From Anaerolineales bacterium (lineage in GTDB: Bacteria; Chloroflexota; Anaerolineae; Anaerolineales; UBA6663), in NCBI GenBank assembly GCA_016789175.1, contig JAEURK010000122.1:718-64717 (forward strand): a DNA stretch of 64,000 nucleotides, written 5' to 3'. Within the stretch, counting starts at the first letter, position 1. Every line of letters starts with the position of its first letter. Shown piece by piece: positions 63,967 to 64,000 of the stretch. Both the position numbers and the translations under genes were made by a program. The notes under the pieces were generated by a model. It searched no databases, was not told the origin of the DNA, and saw nothing but the letters and a program-made list of their open reading frames with translations.

Positions 63967-64000
63967 GCGGCGCTCTGCGCCCTTTTTGAGGAAACGCCCG

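Overview
GC-rich bacterial chromosomal segment. It is densely packed with about 75 protein genes and one tRNA-Leu(UAG). I saw no rRNA, CRISPR array, transposase or integrase. Gene style (Tal-Pgi fusion, NuoCD fusion, LysM/SH3 wall proteins, many receiver domains, possible leaderless starts) fits a Chloroflexota-like or other high-GC lineage, but taxonomy cannot be settled from this window.

Main blocks:
- 1-3.3 kb: GAF histidine kinase followed by three stand-alone receivers.
- 3.6-5.5 kb: WXG100-like protein plus a polytopic membrane protein.
- 5.5-16.4 kb: one long minus-strand signalling block. Order is Ser/Thr kinase, small HTH, cheA-cheC-cheD-cheY-cheB-cheR-HDOD-cheX-cheX-cheW, then REC-GGDEF. 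No receptor (MCP) gene is present.
- 16.6-20.3 kb: housekeeping genes (ndk, rsfS, thpR, hydrolase, YqeC-MocA fusion).
- 20.6-26.6 kb: ankyrin protein, a nuoB-nuoCD-nuoI 'Q-module only' cluster coupled to an iscX-like gene, and a divergent SufR-like/IscA pair.
- 26.7-29.7 kb: small ArsR/SRPBCC/VOC/DUF1801/RibD_C/GyrI-like accessory cluster behind an AT-rich promoter and operator.
- 31.3-36.9 kb: pentose-phosphate operon (tkt-rpiB-tal/pgi fusion).
- 37-42.9 kb: mixed genes (HAD-like, receiver, M32 carboxypeptidase, PNPOx-like, REC-HK hybrid).
- 43-48.6 kb: tRNA-Leu, tig, clpP, HAD-IIA, TPR protein, a roughly 600-bp unexplained gap, rlmN.
- 48.7-53 kb: 6xLysM protein, DUF1499, and a copper-delivery cluster (PCuAC, Sco1, small CPC/His protein, Cox11-like).
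- 53-59.1 kb: housekeeping genes (trmH-like, eamA, AKR, DUF1295, LOG, mpg, fabI).
- 59.2-64 kb: ParA-like ATPase coupled to a membrane protein, a dense iteron array, then rpmH-rnpA-yidD and a beta-propeller lipoprotein.

Most interesting leads:
- The ATCCG[C/T]G iteron array between the parA-like gene and rpmH. It may be a non-canonical origin or a centromere.
- The orphan ParA-like/membrane-protein pair.
- The MCP-less Che operon with a c-di-GMP output and three CheC/CheX-type phosphatases.
- The isolated complex-I Q-module coupled to Fe-S biogenesis genes.
- Long perfect palindromes in divergent promoter regions.

All functional calls rest on motif and family recognition by eye. No database search was run.
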